Below, piece after piece: positions 62,782-64,000 of a DNA stretch of 64,000 nucleotides (positions within the stretch are counted from its first letter, which is position 1; each line of letters begins with the position of its first letter). The translations under genes were made by a program, and so were the position numbers. Below the pieces are notes generated by a model that was not told the DNA's origin, made no database searches, and worked only from the letters and a program-made list of their open reading frames with translations. Source of the stretch: Octopus sinensis (Eukaryota). Location: positions 110,794,001 through 110,858,000 of the forward strand of contig NC_043000.1 in NCBI RefSeq assembly GCF_006345805.1. The letters run 5' to 3'.

Positions 62782-63180
62782 GGCACAAGCATGGCTGTGT
62801 GGTAAGAAGTTGGTATCCCTACCACATGGTTCTAGGTTCAGTCCCACTGTGTGGCATCTTGGGCAAGTGACTTCTGCTCAAGTCTCAGACCAACCAAAGC
62901 TGTTTCAGTGGATTTAGTAGACGGAAACTGAAACGAGAAGCCCATCTCAGACACACACACACACACACGTGTGTGTGTCTTTGTGTCTGTGTTTGTCCTC
63001 CATCACTGCTTGACAACCGGTGTTGGTGTGTTTATGTCCCCATAACTTAGCAGTTCAGCAAAACTGACTGATAGAATAAGTACTAGACTTAAAAAGAAAG
63101 TCCTGGGGTTGATTCATTCTTCAAGGCAGTGCCCCAGCATGGCCACAGTCCAATGACTGAAACAAGGAAAACATAAAAGA
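62782..63180 (+). mobile_element. SINE family A
   Basis: Similar to the other copies. Confidence 0.8.
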
Positions 63181-63600
63181 TGTGTATGTCTGAGTGTGCA
63201 TGCGTGTGTGTGTGTCTGCATGTATGTGTGTGTGTGCACATGGGTGTATGTGTGTGTATGTGCACATGCGCGTGTGTGTTTGTGTATGTATGCATGTGTC
63301 TGTGTGCATGTGTATGTCTGCGTGTGCATGCACGTGTGCGTCGGCATGTATGTGTGTGTATGTGCACATGTGTGTGTGTCTGCACGTGCATGTGTGTTTG
63401 TGTATGTGTGCATGTGTCTGTGTGTGCATGTGTGTGTATGTCTGCATGTGCATGCATGTGTGTGTCTGCATATATGTGTGTGTGCATATGTGTGTATGTG
63501 TGTGTGTGCACATGTGTGTATGTGTGTGTATGTCTGTGTATGCATGTGTGCATGTGCGTCTGTGTCTGTGTGCATATAACTGCAAGCGTGCTTAGATGCA
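63180..63600. repeat. Cryptic (TG)n/(TGCA)/(TATG) simple repeat
   Basis: Read directly from the sequence. Confidence 0.9.
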
Positions 63601-64000
63601 CATAAACACTGACATTTGTTTTGTTGGATGTTTTTCAGGATTGAAGGGAAATATATATTTGTCAAAAAAACATAAACATACACACATATAAATATTTTTA
63701 TATACACAATCTCACTCTGTGTATGTATATAAGTGTGTGTGTGAATAGATGGACAATTTGAGTCAGACTATCAATATGTGTGTGTGTGTGTTTGCAAAAC
63801 TCCACACCTGTGTATATGTTTGTATGTTTATGGTTGTATGTATATTTATATAAGTATTTTATGTATACATATATATGTTTAGGTGTGTGTGTGTGTAATT
63901 ATATATATATATATATATATTTGTGTATACAAATCTATGCACATCTATGTATATTTGTGTATACATATTATATGTACATGTATTTATGTGTGTTTGTATA

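Larger units (their letters stand above)
4821..64000 (+). other. Apparent first intron of the COLGALT-like gene (>59 kb, runs off the window)
   Basis: GTAAGT donor at 4821. I found no acceptor followed by the expected exon-2 peptide (xxxDHNxDNTxxxLxEW) by eye. Confidence 0.6.

Overview
This is AT-rich eukaryotic DNA saturated with microsatellites and SINEs. The repeat signature (tRNA-headed SINEs with internal (TA)n/(CA)n, (GAT)n-tailed elements, mariner/Tc1, RTE, CR1 and Penelope remnants) points to a coleoid cephalopod, probably Octopus; this is inference, no search was run. I can support only one host coding exon: the first coding exon of a glycosyltransferase family 25 / procollagen galactosyltransferase (COLGALT-like) gene at 4585-4820 (+), with a GC-box/Inr promoter and a GTAAGT donor. 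I could not find exon 2, so the remaining ~59 kb appears to be one very large first intron filled with transposon debris. Almost all ORFs in the supplied track are artefacts of microsatellites or SINEs. The most interesting signals are non-coding: (1) several minimal hammerhead-ribozyme motifs in short Penelope-like elements, including one element that joins a tRNA-like Pol III head to a hammerhead; (2) long near-perfect inverted repeats (44-bp and 83-bp arms) and inverted SINE pairs that would form dsRNA; (3) a CpG-retaining intronic island (~14-19.5 kb) with promoter-like motifs; (4) a candidate recursive splice site; (5) visible head/tail module shuffling among SINE families. Repeat boundaries are approximate unless TSDs or termini are quoted, and many further degenerate SINE fragments are not listed individually.
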